A stretch of DNA of 64,000 nt from a bacterium (lineage in GTDB: Bacteria; UBA8248; JACPRG01; G963555815). Numbering within the stretch: position 1 is the stretch's first letter; the number at the start of each line of letters is the position of its first letter. The notes below the pieces were generated by a model. It was not told where the DNA came from. It did no database searches and was given only the letters and a program-made list of their open reading frames with translations. Below, one piece after another: positions 10,060-20,267 of this stretch. The DNA is taken from assembly GCA_965261595.1 (NCBI GenBank), contig CBDHDG010000005.1, positions 768,001 through 832,000 of the forward strand, given 5' to 3'. A program made the position numbers and the translations under genes.

Positions 10060-11364
10060 GTGGTCCAGCCGGCCCCGGATATGGGGGCGCTCCGCGTGAA
10101 CCGGGCGCTCCCCCCGTCCCCCCTGGCGGGCGTCCCCTTCCTGCTCAAGGATCTGATCGCGACCTGCGAGGGCGTGCGCCATACGGAAGGCTCCGCGTTT
10201 CTGCGCGATTACGTCGTCGACCGGGACAGCGAGCTCGTCGCGCGGATCAAGCGCGTGGGCCTCGTCGTCGTCGGAATCACGAACACCGCGGAGTTCGGGA
10301 ACGCCTCGACGGCCGAGCCCCGCCGCTTCGGCCCGAGCCGGAACCCCTGGGACACGACGCGGACAACGGGCGGATCGAGCGGCGGCTCCGCGGCGGCCGT
10401 GGCGGCCGGTCTCGTGCCCATGGCCCACGGCAACGACGGGGGAGGCTCGGTCCGGATCCCGGCCTCGTGTTGCGGCCTCTTCGGCCTCAAGCCCACGCGC
10501 GCCCGGAACCCGCTCGGCCCCGAATTCGGGGATTTCTACAGCGGTTTGGTGGTCGAGCACGCACTGACCCGGTCGGTGCGGGACAGCGCCGCCCTGCTGG
10601 ACGCCACCTCGGGACCGATGCCCGGAGATCCCTACCGCGCGCCCCCTCCCGTCCGCCCGTTTCTCGATGAGGTGGGCGCGGACCCGGGAACCCTTCGCAT
10701 CGCCTTCTCCGTCCGCGCGCCGAGCGGGGTCGAGGTCCACCGCGACTGCGTGCGCGCCGTGCGGGAGGCGGCGCGTGTTCTTGCCGCCCTGGGCCATGAG
10801 GTCGAAGAGGGGACTCCGCGATTCGACGCCAAAGCGGCCGAGGAGGCATGGTTCATGCTGTGGGCGGAAGGGAACGCCCGGCTTCTGGAGGACTGGTCGC
10901 GCCGCCTGCGCCGGACGCCCGCCGAGGGGGAAATCGAGCCGCTCACCCGGGCGCTCTGTGATCTCGGGCGGAAGCGGAGCGCCGCCGAGCATCTGCACAG
11001 CGTCCAGGTTCTCGACCGGCCCGGGCGGGAGATCGCCGGGTTCTTCGAGACCTACGACCTTTGGCTCACCCCGACCCTCGCCCGGCCCCCCGTTCCGCTC
11101 GGGGCGCTTGAGCCGCCCGAGGAGAATCCCTTGGCTTGGTGGGTGGAGGTGGACGGAAGGTTTGCGCCTTTCACGGCGGTCGCGAACGGCGACGGCCGGC
11201 CCGCCATGTCGGTCCCCCTCTTTTGGAACGAAGAGGGCCTTCCCGTGGGAACGCACTTTCTGGGACGCTTCGGCGGGGAGGCGGCGCTTTTCCGCCTCGC
11301 GGCGCAGCTCGAGGAGGCCAGGCCCTGGGCGGACCGCCGTCCCCCCGTCTCCGCCTTGGAATGA
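10060..11364 (+). CDS. Amidase-signature family protein (usual N-terminal helices appear absent)
   Basis: [39 protein letters not shown] (Lys/Ser/Ser triad). Confidence 0.88.
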   Translation: MVQPAPDMGALRVNRALPPSPLAGVPFLLKDLIATCEGVRHTEGSAFLRDYVVDRDSELVARIKRVGLVVVGITNTAEFGNASTAEPRRFGPSRNPWDTTRTTGGSSGGSAAAVAAGLVPMAHGNDGGGSVRIPASCCGLFGLKPTRARNPLGPEFGDFYSGLVVEHALTRSVRDSAALLDATSGPMPGDPYRAPPPVRPFLDEVGADPGTLRIAFSVRAPSGVEVHRDCVRAVREAARVLAALGHEVEEGTPRFDAKAAEEAWFMLWAEGNARLLEDWSRRLRRTPAEGEIEPLTRALCDLGRKRSAAEHLHSVQVLDRPGREIAGFFETYDLWLTPTLARPPVPLGALEPPEENPLAWWVEVDGRFAPFTAVANGDGRPAMSVPLFWNEEGLPVGTHFLGRFGGEAALFRLAAQLEEARPWADRRPPVSALE

Positions 11365-11490
11365 CTCCAACGCCGCACGCTTGCGGGGCGTCGAGACACA
11401 AGGGATTTGAGGGCTCCGGGCTGGAAGACCATTGAGGGCTTCTATGAGGACGGCCCGCCGGCCCTGGATTCTCCGGTGTCGGGGTTTTAC

Positions 11491-13775
11491 CTACGAGACG
11501 TTCCCGGCCCCGGCGGGCAGGCCGGAGAGCACCTTCTCCGGTGTCACAGGGAGGTCCGTCACGCGCACGCCGACGGCGTCGTATACGGCGTTGGCAATGG
11601 CGGCGGCCGTTGGAACCAAGACGCCTTCGGAGAAACCTTTGGCGCCGAAGGGGCCGGTGGGCTCGGGCTCTTCGATGAACCTGCACTCGATGGGGGGTAT
11701 GTCCAGGATGTTGGGCGTCTTGTAGTCCATCAGGGTCGGGTTGGTGACGACTCCTCCGGAATAAACCACTTCTTCGATGAGGGCGTAGCCGATTCCCTGC
11801 GTCGCCCCTCCCTGGAGCTGCCCCACGATCGCGACTTGGTTGATGATCTGCCCCACGTCGTGGGAACAGACCAGACGCAAGACCTTCACCTCCCCCGTCT
11901 CCACGTCCACCTCGACATCGTCGCCGCGCCCCCGCGGGGACTCCCATCCTGACAGTCCGGGATCAGGGGGGGGCCTACGGCGTCGAAAACGCCCCGGCCC
12001 AGGATGGGTCCTCCCCGCTTGATGTGGGCGGCCTTGACAATTTCTCCGAACGTCATTCCCTTTCCCGGGGCCCCCGGCATGAGGACTTGTTTGTTCTCCA
12101 CGCGCAAGTCCTCGACGGGGACTTCCAGAAGATCCGCGGCCCGATCCAGGAGCTGCCGCTTGGCGTCCGCCGCGGCGAGGCGGACGACGTTGCCCACGTT
12201 GTAGGTGACGCGGCTGGCCGCCGTGTGATTTTCGAAGGGGGTTGCGTCGGTGTCGGCCGAGACGACGCGCACGTGCTCCATGTCGATGCCGAGCTCCTCG
12301 GCGGCGACCTGGGCCGCCATGGTGATCTGCCCGGCGCCGACTTCGATGACCCCCGAGACGACCTGAATGGTCCCGTCCTCCATCACCTTCACGATGGCCG
12401 AGGAGCTGAGTCCTCCCGAGACGTGCATCCCGCACGCGATCCCCCGGCCCCGCCTCATCGGGCGATCGCCGTCTCCGCCGTGAATGCCCGCTTCCCAGTT
12501 CACGCACCGGGCGGCATCCTCCAGGGTCTTTTTCAACCACACCCCGGGCATTTTCTGGCCGTTGGCCAGCGAGTCTCCGTGCTCCATGCCGTTGATCCGC
12601 CGAAGGTCCAGGGGGTCGATCCCCAGCTCCGTGGCGACGGCGTCCATGTGGGACTCGACGGCGAAGGCGCTCTGGGGGTTTCCGTAACCCCGGAATCCCC
12701 CGCTGATGGTCTTATTCGTGTAGACGGTGTAGCCCACGGTCCGTACGTGGGGAATGCGGTAGACGCCCTTGGCATAGATGGCGCCACACGCCGCAATCAT
12801 GGGTCCGTGGCCCGTGTAGGCGCCCGTGTCGTAATACAGCTTGGCCTCGCGGGCGGTGAGCCGCCCATCCCGCATCACGGCGCTTCGGATTTCAGTGACG
12901 GTGGGATGGCGGGGAAGGCCCGCGATGAACTCCTCATCACGCGTGAACTGCATGCGCACCGGTTTCCCCGCCTGAAGGGCCAACAGGGCGGCGTACATCT
13001 CCACCCGGGGTTTCTTTCCGCCGAAGCCCCCGCCGACCGCTGAGCCGATGACGCGAACTTTGCTGAAGGGGAGCTTCAGAACCTTGGAGATCAGCCCCTG
13101 GGAATAAAAGACCCCTTGGGTGCTCACGCGGATGGTCAACCCCCCCTGTCCATCCGGGATGGCCAGGGCCGTGTGGGGATCCAGGTAGGTCTGGTGGGTT
13201 TGGTGGGTGCGAAAGGTGTGATCGAAGACCTCATCGGCCTCCCGCAACCCCGCCTCGATGTCTCCTTGCGTGAACGTTACCCGGCACGCGACGTTCCCTT
13301 GCTGTCCTTTTACGTCGAAGGTTGTGTCGTAATCGCCGACGTTGTCGTGGATGAGGGGCGCGTCGGGAAGGATGGCCTCGATGGGGTCGAAGACGGCCGG
13401 AAGCTCTTCGTAGTCCACCTCGATAAGCGAAAGGGCCTCCTCCACGATATCCAGATCTGTGGCGGCCACCGCGGCGACTTCATCCCCCAGGTAGCGGACC
13501 TTCTCGGGATCGAACAGGATCTGATCGGAGATGTTCATCCCGTACCGGACAAGGGGCGTGTTTTTGTGGGTCGCGACGGCGCGCACGCCGGGAAGGCGTT
13601 CGGCCTTTTCTGTCCGGATGTCCAGGATGCGGGCGTGCGGATGCCGGCTTCGCAGAATCCGCCCCTGGAGCATTCCGGGCATGGAAAAATCCGCCGTGTA
13701 CTTCGCCGTCCCTTGGGCCTTTGGAACCCCGTCGATTCTGGGAATGTCCTTTCCTATCACCTTGAAATCCGTCAT
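11491..13775 (-). pseudogene. Xanthine dehydrogenase family molybdopterin-binding subunit, frameshifted near 11930-11980
   Basis: 11886-13775 carries VGGGFGGK, GFRGYG; C-terminus VEVDVETGEVKVL..HDVG..GQLQGG..GAKGFSE lies in another frame beyond a C-run. Confidence 0.85.
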
Positions 13776-13948
13776 CGGGACAATCTCCCCCCTCCCTCTT
13801 ACTTTCCGCTATTCGGCATTTCAGAGGAATTGAATCGGTTAAGCGGGGATTCCCCATATCAACCGTTGATTACGGCCTAACCCGCACTGTCCGGCGAATA
13901 GGTGAATTAAAGGATTCTTCTCTCGGGTTGTCAACAGTGGTTGGCTCC

Positions 13949-14941
13949 CTACAAGATCCAGGCTTCAGCCGTGCCGGGTGCGAAGAGCTCCTCGACGGCG
14001 ACCCGCCGCGCGGTGAGACCCTGCTCGAAGGCGTATTGACAGAAGGTGTCCAACGTCGCGCGGTTGGCCTCGATGCCGTAGGGCCAGAAGTCGTCGCCCA
14101 TCAACTTCCGGGTCTCTTCCTGCTCCGCGACCGACCACGGCAGTGTGCAGATGAGCCAATTGGGGTCGCCGAGCCGCTTTTGGATTTCGTCTTTCGCCTG
14201 GGTGAAGGCCTTGAGGATGCTCTGCGCCAGCCAGGGGCTCGCGTCATACACATCGCGCCGGATGACGAACGTGTGCATGATGTGGAACAGGCCCGTGCGG
14301 CGGTAGTAATCCTGCTCGACCGATCGGTAGTCCGGAAAGAGAAGCCGAATCCGCGGGTCGCCGGCCGTGAACGCGGACGGGACATGGGGGCAGAAGAGGG
14401 CGTCGATCCCGCCCTCGCAAACGGCCCGGGTCAGCGTTTGGCCTTCCGGAAGCGATTCGAGGCGGATGGAGGGCGGCAGGTCCAGCTCGACCCGGTCCTT
14501 CCGTCCCGGTTTCTCCTGCCCTCCGGTCACCCAGGTGACTTCTTCCGGGGCCACCCCGTATTCGTGGTGCAGGACCCCCCGCATCCAGACGCTTGCGGTC
14601 ATGGCGTATTCCGGGACGCCGATGCGTCCGCCCCGCAGGTCTTCCGGTTTTTCGATGCCTTTCTCCGCGCAGATGTACATGGCGGAATGCCGGAAGATCC
14701 GGGACGGGAAGACCGGCACCCCGACGAACGGCGAATCCCCCCGGCCAATCAGCGTGGTGTGGGCGGCCAGGGACATTTCCGAGGCGTCGAACTCCCGGTG
14801 CTTGACCATCCGAAAGAATATCTCGGCCACGTGCATGTCGATGAAGTTCGCATCGATGCCCTCAACGGGAATGGTCCCGTCATGCAGGGCGCGCGTGCGG
14901 TCGGAAAGATGACAGACGATATTGAGTTTCGGTTTGCTCAT
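13949..14941 (-). CDS. 4,5-dihydroxyphthalate decarboxylase-like protein (solute-binding-protein fold)
   Basis: DRTRALHDG, EIFFRM...EFDASEMS, PVFPSRIFRHS, GVPEYAMTASVW.RG, DFWPYGIEANR. Confidence 0.8.
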   Translation of the reverse strand: MSKPKLNIVCHLSDRTRALHDGTIPVEGIDANFIDMHVAEIFFRMVKHREFDASEMSLAAHTTLIGRGDSPFVGVPVFPSRIFRHSAMYICAEKGIEKPEDLRGGRIGVPEYAMTASVWMRGVLHHEYGVAPEEVTWVTGGQEKPGRKDRVELDLPPSIRLESLPEGQTLTRAVCEGGIDALFCPHVPSAFTAGDPRIRLLFPDYRSVEQDYYRRTGLFHIMHTFVIRRDVYDASPWLAQSILKAFTQAKDEIQKRLGDPNWLICTLPWSVAEQEETRKLMGDDFWPYGIEANRATLDTFCQYAFEQGLTARRVAVEELFAPGTAEAWIL

Positions 14942-14955
14942 CGACTGTGAACCCC

Positions 14956-16355
14956 TTATGGGTTATCGGACAGGTAATCTCCCAGGTAATCTTCCAGGCG
15001 GATGCCTTCCGTGCCCGGGACGGAGACCTCTTCGGGATAGCCGTCCTTCCGCGTGGCATCGATTCCCATTTTGGTGACCAGGTGGGAGCCCCCCTCCGGG
15101 CCGTATGCGCACGGATCCAGGGAGATCCCTTGGCGCCGGTCACCAGGAAAGTGTCCCGCTCAGGCCGGACCCGGAAAGCCAGGGCGTGGAGCACCTCCGT
15201 GTCGCTGGACACGTCCACGTCGTGGTCCACGATAACCACCATCCTCAAATAGGGGTCCGCCACGAAGGCCGCCATCGCCGCCTGCTTGGCCTCTCCTTCG
15301 ATCATCTTCTCGATGGCGATGTAGCAAGAGAACCGGATTCGTCCGCCGCCGCTCATTTGAACCGCCGTCACGGTCGGACAGGCAATCTTAACGGTCTCCT
15401 CGACAAAGTTCGCCCGAATGAGCCCCGCCAAGAGAAGGTTGTCCGGGTGGGAGACGAAGATGCTTTGGTACAGGGGGTTCTTGCGCATGGTGATTGCCTT
15501 GACTTTGACAATCGGGCTCATGCGTTGGGGTCCATATGTGCCTGGAAACTCCCCGAAGGGCGCTTCCGCTTCACGGACGTGAGGCTGGACCTCGCATTCC
15601 AGAACGATTTCGGCGTCGGCAGGGACCTTGAGCGGGATGGTCCGGCACTGGACCGTCCGAACCGGCTGCTGCAAAATCCCGCCGGCCACGTGAAACTCGT
15701 CCATATCGTAGGGCGCCAGGGGCTGGAGGGCGCCCAGGTAGAAGGCGGGGTGGTGGCCGATGACGGCGGCCAAGGGGGTGGGTTCCCCCCGCTTTTCATA
15801 TTTCTTCCAGATGATGTTGCCGTGGGCGGTTTCCGAGATGAGGATGCCGAGGGTATTTTTGTCTTTGAGCATCATGCGGTAAATGCCGATGTTATACCCA
15901 CCCGTGTCAGGGTCCTGCATCACGTTCAGAGCCGCCGTGATGTAGGGCGCCGCATCCAACTCGTGATAGGTGAGGATGGGAAGCCGAGTGACGTCGACCT
16001 CGTCGCCTTCGAAAACGACCTCCTGCACGGGCGCCGTCTCGGTTTCTTCCGGCGGGATTGGCTCGGCTTCCCGCCTGGCGTATTCCTTCAGATAGGCCTT
16101 CGGGTCCGCGGATTCCATTCCCAAGGCCAGTCGAAGCCGCGTGAAACTGGCGTTCATATTGGCTACTACTGGGATTTCCGATCCCTTTACATTCTCGAAA
16201 ATCAAAAGCGGGAACTTATTCTGCTTCTCTAAGAGGGCGAGAATGCCCGTTACCCCAAATCTAGGGTCTACCTCTTTGCGGATGCGAACAACCTCGTGGG
16301 GATGGCGTTCTTCGAGGAATTCAATGAACGCACGCAGATCTTTAATCCGGGACAC
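14956..16355 (-). CDS. UbiD-family (prFMN-dependent) decarboxylase, frameshift near 15120
   Basis: DLR.FI..LE, N.GIYRM, VPADAEIVLE, EAPFGEF; C-terminus LDP...KMGIDAT restored by one extra C in a C-run. Confidence 0.88.
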
Positions 16356-16716
16356 TTCCCGCCTCCTCAGCTTCGGGGGTCAACGCCCGAACCATTTCGA
16401 GGTCCGGGGGAGATGCGTTCCGTTTTAAGATTGTCACTATGTGCGACGGGGCCAGACTCGATACGTTGATTGTGCCACGGTGTTCATAATCTCTTCATAG
16501 AAGATTCGTGTAGACGTTCTCGTATCCCGGGTTGTTCAGGGGTGTAAGGCTCATTGGTTTGGACTGGCCCCGGAGGAAGACGTCGTCGATTCTTGGACGC
16601 CCCCCCCCGGGGTCCTGGCTGAACTAGGGGGTTCTCTCAGACCTTTCCCAAAGCGGTTTTAACCAATCAGGAAAGGATGCGCTCACGCCGGTGACTCCAC
16701 TTTATGACGAGGGGCC

Positions 16717-17752
16717 TTACCGGATGTGAAAGAAGCGCAGTGACTTTGGAACCCGGTCCACGAACTCGTTGGTGTATAGCTCTGAGGGATCAAGCTTCTT
16801 CTCGACCCCCGATGCGGCCAATACGATCTTGATCGTCTTATCCATCTTCTGCCGGTCCATACGTCCGACGCCAATTTTGTGGGTGTTCTTGTCAAAGCAG
16901 GTGACGGAAGGAGATGCTTTGTGCCTGAAGGACGATAGCCAGCGTCGTCGCAGGATGTGCCTTAAAGTAGATGGCCGCCGCGGCCTCCCGATTTTTGAAA
17001 CCCCAAGCCAGGGATTTGTAGTAGCCCCGCAGGAACCGGAGGGTGACGTCCTTCTGGGTGGCGAGTCTTTTTTCGGAGGACACTAGCCCGCTGTTGTAGA
17101 TGTCCATTCCGTTTTCGGCCCAGAGTTTGACGACGAGTTTCTTTCCCTTCTGATCGGCGGCCTTTTGATACCCGGCGATGGAGCTGTGGTAGCTGATCAC
17201 CATGTCCACACTTCCAGCTCCCAAGGCCGCGGCCTTGGTTCCGGGAGACATATGGAGCACCTTCACCTTGCTGGTGTCGATCCCATGGACCTTGGCGAAA
17301 GGGGGCCACATCAGGATGTCCGATGAGGTCTTGGGACCTCCGGTGATCGTTTTTCCTTCGAGGTCTTTCCATGTCTTGATCCCGGCTTCGTGGAAGTAAA
17401 TAGGAGGTTTCCAGAAACTTTGCGCTCTTCATCATGAACATTTTGGATTTCAAGCCCCGGATTCGCGCCATGGCTCCGGGTCCGGCGCCCGCCTCGGCGT
17501 AATCGCATTTACCGGCCGCCGCGAATTTGAGGGAATTCCCTGAGCCGAAGCCTCGAACGAAGTTCAGGTCTATTCCCTCGGACTTCCAAGCTCCATTTTT
17601 AACGCCGCTCACAATGAACGCGTCCCGCCCGTAAATGATCCACGATGAGCAGAAGGTCACCTTCTCGGCAATCGCCGGAGGCACGAGGGTGAACAGCCAA
17701 AAAGCCGCCCCCAAAAGGCCAATGCAATCCGTGTTGATCTTTTCATTCTCAT
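16717..17752 (-). pseudogene. ABC transporter substrate-binding protein (NMT1/SsuA/THI5-like), three frameshifts
   Basis: Signal peptide, RGFGSG, GIKTWKDLEGKTI, ALGAGSVD, RFLRGY, LYTNEF distributed over several frames. Confidence 0.78.
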
Positions 17753-18038
17753 TCCTCCACTGGAATTCAGTTATACAGCCTTTGTCTCCTCTGGAAGATC
17801 GGTTCCCTATGCCCTGAACCGGCCTTTCCCCTCTTTGAAAGCTCACGGTTGCTGAATCGTGAATGGCGCCCGCCGTCTCGGACGCAGGGGCGGAGCCCCA
17901 CACGCCGAAGCGCGTTCACCCTTCTGGGCGGTTCATCACGCTCCGCGTCAAGCGGGCATGACAATCTTTTCAGTTCCTTGTTACAATCATCTCTGAAATC
18001 GCGGGATCTGTCAAATGTTAAATGGGGCCTCCCAGTCA

Positions 18039-19418
18039 TCAATCCTCGATGAAGTCGCGCAAGGACACCTTCCCGGAGCCCATGGGCCGGACGATCTCGA
18101 AGCGCTTCCGGGCTTCGGGCTTGGAGAGGGGGGGCTTGGTGGCGTCGACCCCCATTATCCCGTTGACCAATGGGTCATCTTCGAAATGGCGAACCTCGGG
18201 GCAGGTCGGATCCAGGTGGTGCCCCCGTGTCCCCGTGACCGTCACGACATCGATCGCGGGGTTGACCCGCATGGCCAGCGCCCAGATGACCTGCTTCATA
18301 TCGTAAATGTCCACGTCATCATCGACGATGATGACTTCCTTCTGGTGCATGTTGAAGGACATGGCGGCCATCATGACCGCTTTGGCGTGCCCGTCGTAAA
18401 CGGGGTTCATTTGCACAATGGCCATGAAACGCGCCCAGGGCGGGCAGAAGACGTCCAGGATCTCAGTGTTGCCGTATACCCGGCTCAGGTTCTGGTAAAG
18501 CTCGGCCTCATTAGGGAGGGTCCCGAGGGATTGATGATCGGTGAAGAGGCTGGCGTTGAGGTGGCGGTAGATGGGGTTCTTTCGGAGCGTAATGGCCTTG
18601 ACCCTCCAGATCGGCCGTTCCGCCGCTTTCCCCATATACGCTGTGAACTCCCCGAAGGGACCCTCGATCTCGCGCTCATCCATCGATATTTCCCCCTCGA
18701 TGACGATCTCCGCGCAAGCGGGCACCATGATGTCGGACGTCTCGCACCGGACCAGCTCGACCGGTTCTCCCAGGAGAGGGGCCGCGAGGGCGAACTCGTC
18801 ATACCCTGCGTGGCGTCCGCTGTAGACAGCTGCGATTTCGTACGCCGGGTGGAGACCGATGGCGATGGCCATCGGCATCGGCTCTTTTCGGCTCTGGTGT
18901 TTCTTGAAGTGCTCGAAGCTGTGCCGCCGGGCCATCATGAAACCGGTGTGGTGGCGCCCTTTGATCTGCGTCCGCAGGATGCATTCGTTCTGCACGCCGG
19001 TGTCCGGGTCGCGGGTGATGTGGATTCCGCCGCCGATGTATCGTCCGCCGTCGCCCTCGCTGTGAATGGCGATGGGCAGGCGGAGCAGGTCCGCCTCTTT
19101 TCCCAGCCAAATTTGTTCCTTGCACGGAGCGCTCTCGGCGGTGCGGATCTCTCCCGGTCCCTGGGAAAGGAGCCGGGCCAGCTCGGGCACGACGCGTTTG
19201 GGATCCACCCCCAAGACGACGGCCTGCATGGCCCGGTTGCTGATGATTCGGTCGCACACCCGCCAGCCGGGGTAGCCCTTGACGTTCTCGAACAAGATGG
19301 GCCGCTCGCTCTCCGAGCATAAGGCGCCCATTTGCGTCAGCGGGTCCACCTCCTTGCGAATGTGCAGGACCTCGTCGCGTACGCTGTGCAGGTAAGTCCT
19401 CAAGTCTTGCATGTCCAT
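18039..19418 (-). CDS. UbiD-family decarboxylase
   Basis: DLR.YL, DGGRYI, VPACAEIVIEG, EGPFGEF, VDDDVDI, LDP, MGVDATKP. Confidence 0.92.
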   Translation of the reverse strand: MDMQDLRTYLHSVRDEVLHIRKEVDPLTQMGALCSESERPILFENVKGYPGWRVCDRIISNRAMQAVVLGVDPKRVVPELARLLSQGPGEIRTAESAPCKEQIWLGKEADLLRLPIAIHSEGDGGRYIGGGIHITRDPDTGVQNECILRTQIKGRHHTGFMMARRHSFEHFKKHQSRKEPMPMAIAIGLHPAYEIAAVYSGRHAGYDEFALAAPLLGEPVELVRCETSDIMVPACAEIVIEGEISMDEREIEGPFGEFTAYMGKAAERPIWRVKAITLRKNPIYRHLNASLFTDHQSLGTLPNEAELYQNLSRVYGNTEILDVFCPPWARFMAIVQMNPVYDGHAKAVMMAAMSFNMHQKEVIIVDDDVDIYDMKQVIWALAMRVNPAIDVVTVTGTRGHHLDPTCPEVRHFEDDPLVNGIMGVDATKPPLSKPEARKRFEIVRPMGSGKVSLRDFIED

Positions 19419-19829
19419 TCTCCCTTATTCTTCCATCGGGGGGAAGGGGGCGGCGGATCGGACGGAAGCCCTTCCCAGCGGGAGAGGTCGAGTCTCAGAG
19501 ATGGGTGGATGGAAATAAGCAATCCGGAATTTTCGCACCATCATTGCCAATTGTAAAAGATCGGCGGTCTGGAATTCAATGAACGTTCATCCTTGCGGGC
19601 CGCGTTACGGGAGTTTCCCGTCCGTTATTCCCATCAGCACAACGGTCCCGCGGACGGGAATCGCTGGGCCTCTTGCCTTATTCTGGAACCATTTGTGATC
19701 ATTAAGGCCCAAAGACCGGGGGGCATACGCTGTGTGTGTGCGCCCGACGCGAGGGGGGGGGAGGGGGCGGGAATGGGCGAGGCCATATCCAAAATATCGT
19801 TTTTCACTTCAGAGGCGTCGCTTCATCAC

Positions 19830-20076
19830 CAACGGAAAATTAATCAAGGGGCGGTTCATCCTGACGGTCGATTCCGAGGATCGGGTTATCGATAATGGGG
19901 GGGTTGTCGTCCGGGAGGACCGCATCGTTGCGGTGGGAGATGGGGAGGGGCTTGAAAAAGAACATCTCGCTGCGAGGTCATCGACGCGGTGCCGGCACGC
20001 TGTGATTCCCGGCCTCGTGAGCCTGCATGCACTCCGGCCTCAGCCGACAGATATCGCTGCGAGGGTAGCCCTTTGA
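19830..20076 (+). pseudogene. N-terminal fragment of a metal-dependent amidohydrolase
   Basis: LIKGRFILTVD...DNGGVVVREDRIVAVG...VIPGLVSLH then degenerates. Confidence 0.65.
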
Positions 20077-20267
20077 TTCTTGCGCCGTTAGCACGTTTTG
20101 AGTATCCTTGGGGAAGGATTCGTGGATTGTTCCGGCCAAGGGGTCTATCCTTAATCGATAGGCCGATCTCGGCGAAGCAGGGAGTGATTGATCCATTGAT
20201 AAGGGACTCGGCTCGAATGGATGGCCGAATCCGATATGTCCCGCGGGGTTGCGGAGAAGGGCGACGA

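Noticed and set aside
7697..13775. Aerobic CO dehydrogenase (CoxL) call
   Set aside because: Neither subunit has AYxCSFR or AYRGAGR, and no coxM/coxS are adjacent.
16496..16555. Small minus-strand ORF MSLTPLNNPGYENVYTNLL ending in TGA, as a possible Sec or leader peptide
   Set aside because: No SD and no SECIS-like hairpin after the TGA.
19579..19590. 12-bp palindrome ATGAACGTTCAT upstream of UbiD
   Set aside because: Single occurrence with no regulator nearby; cannot be supported as an operator.
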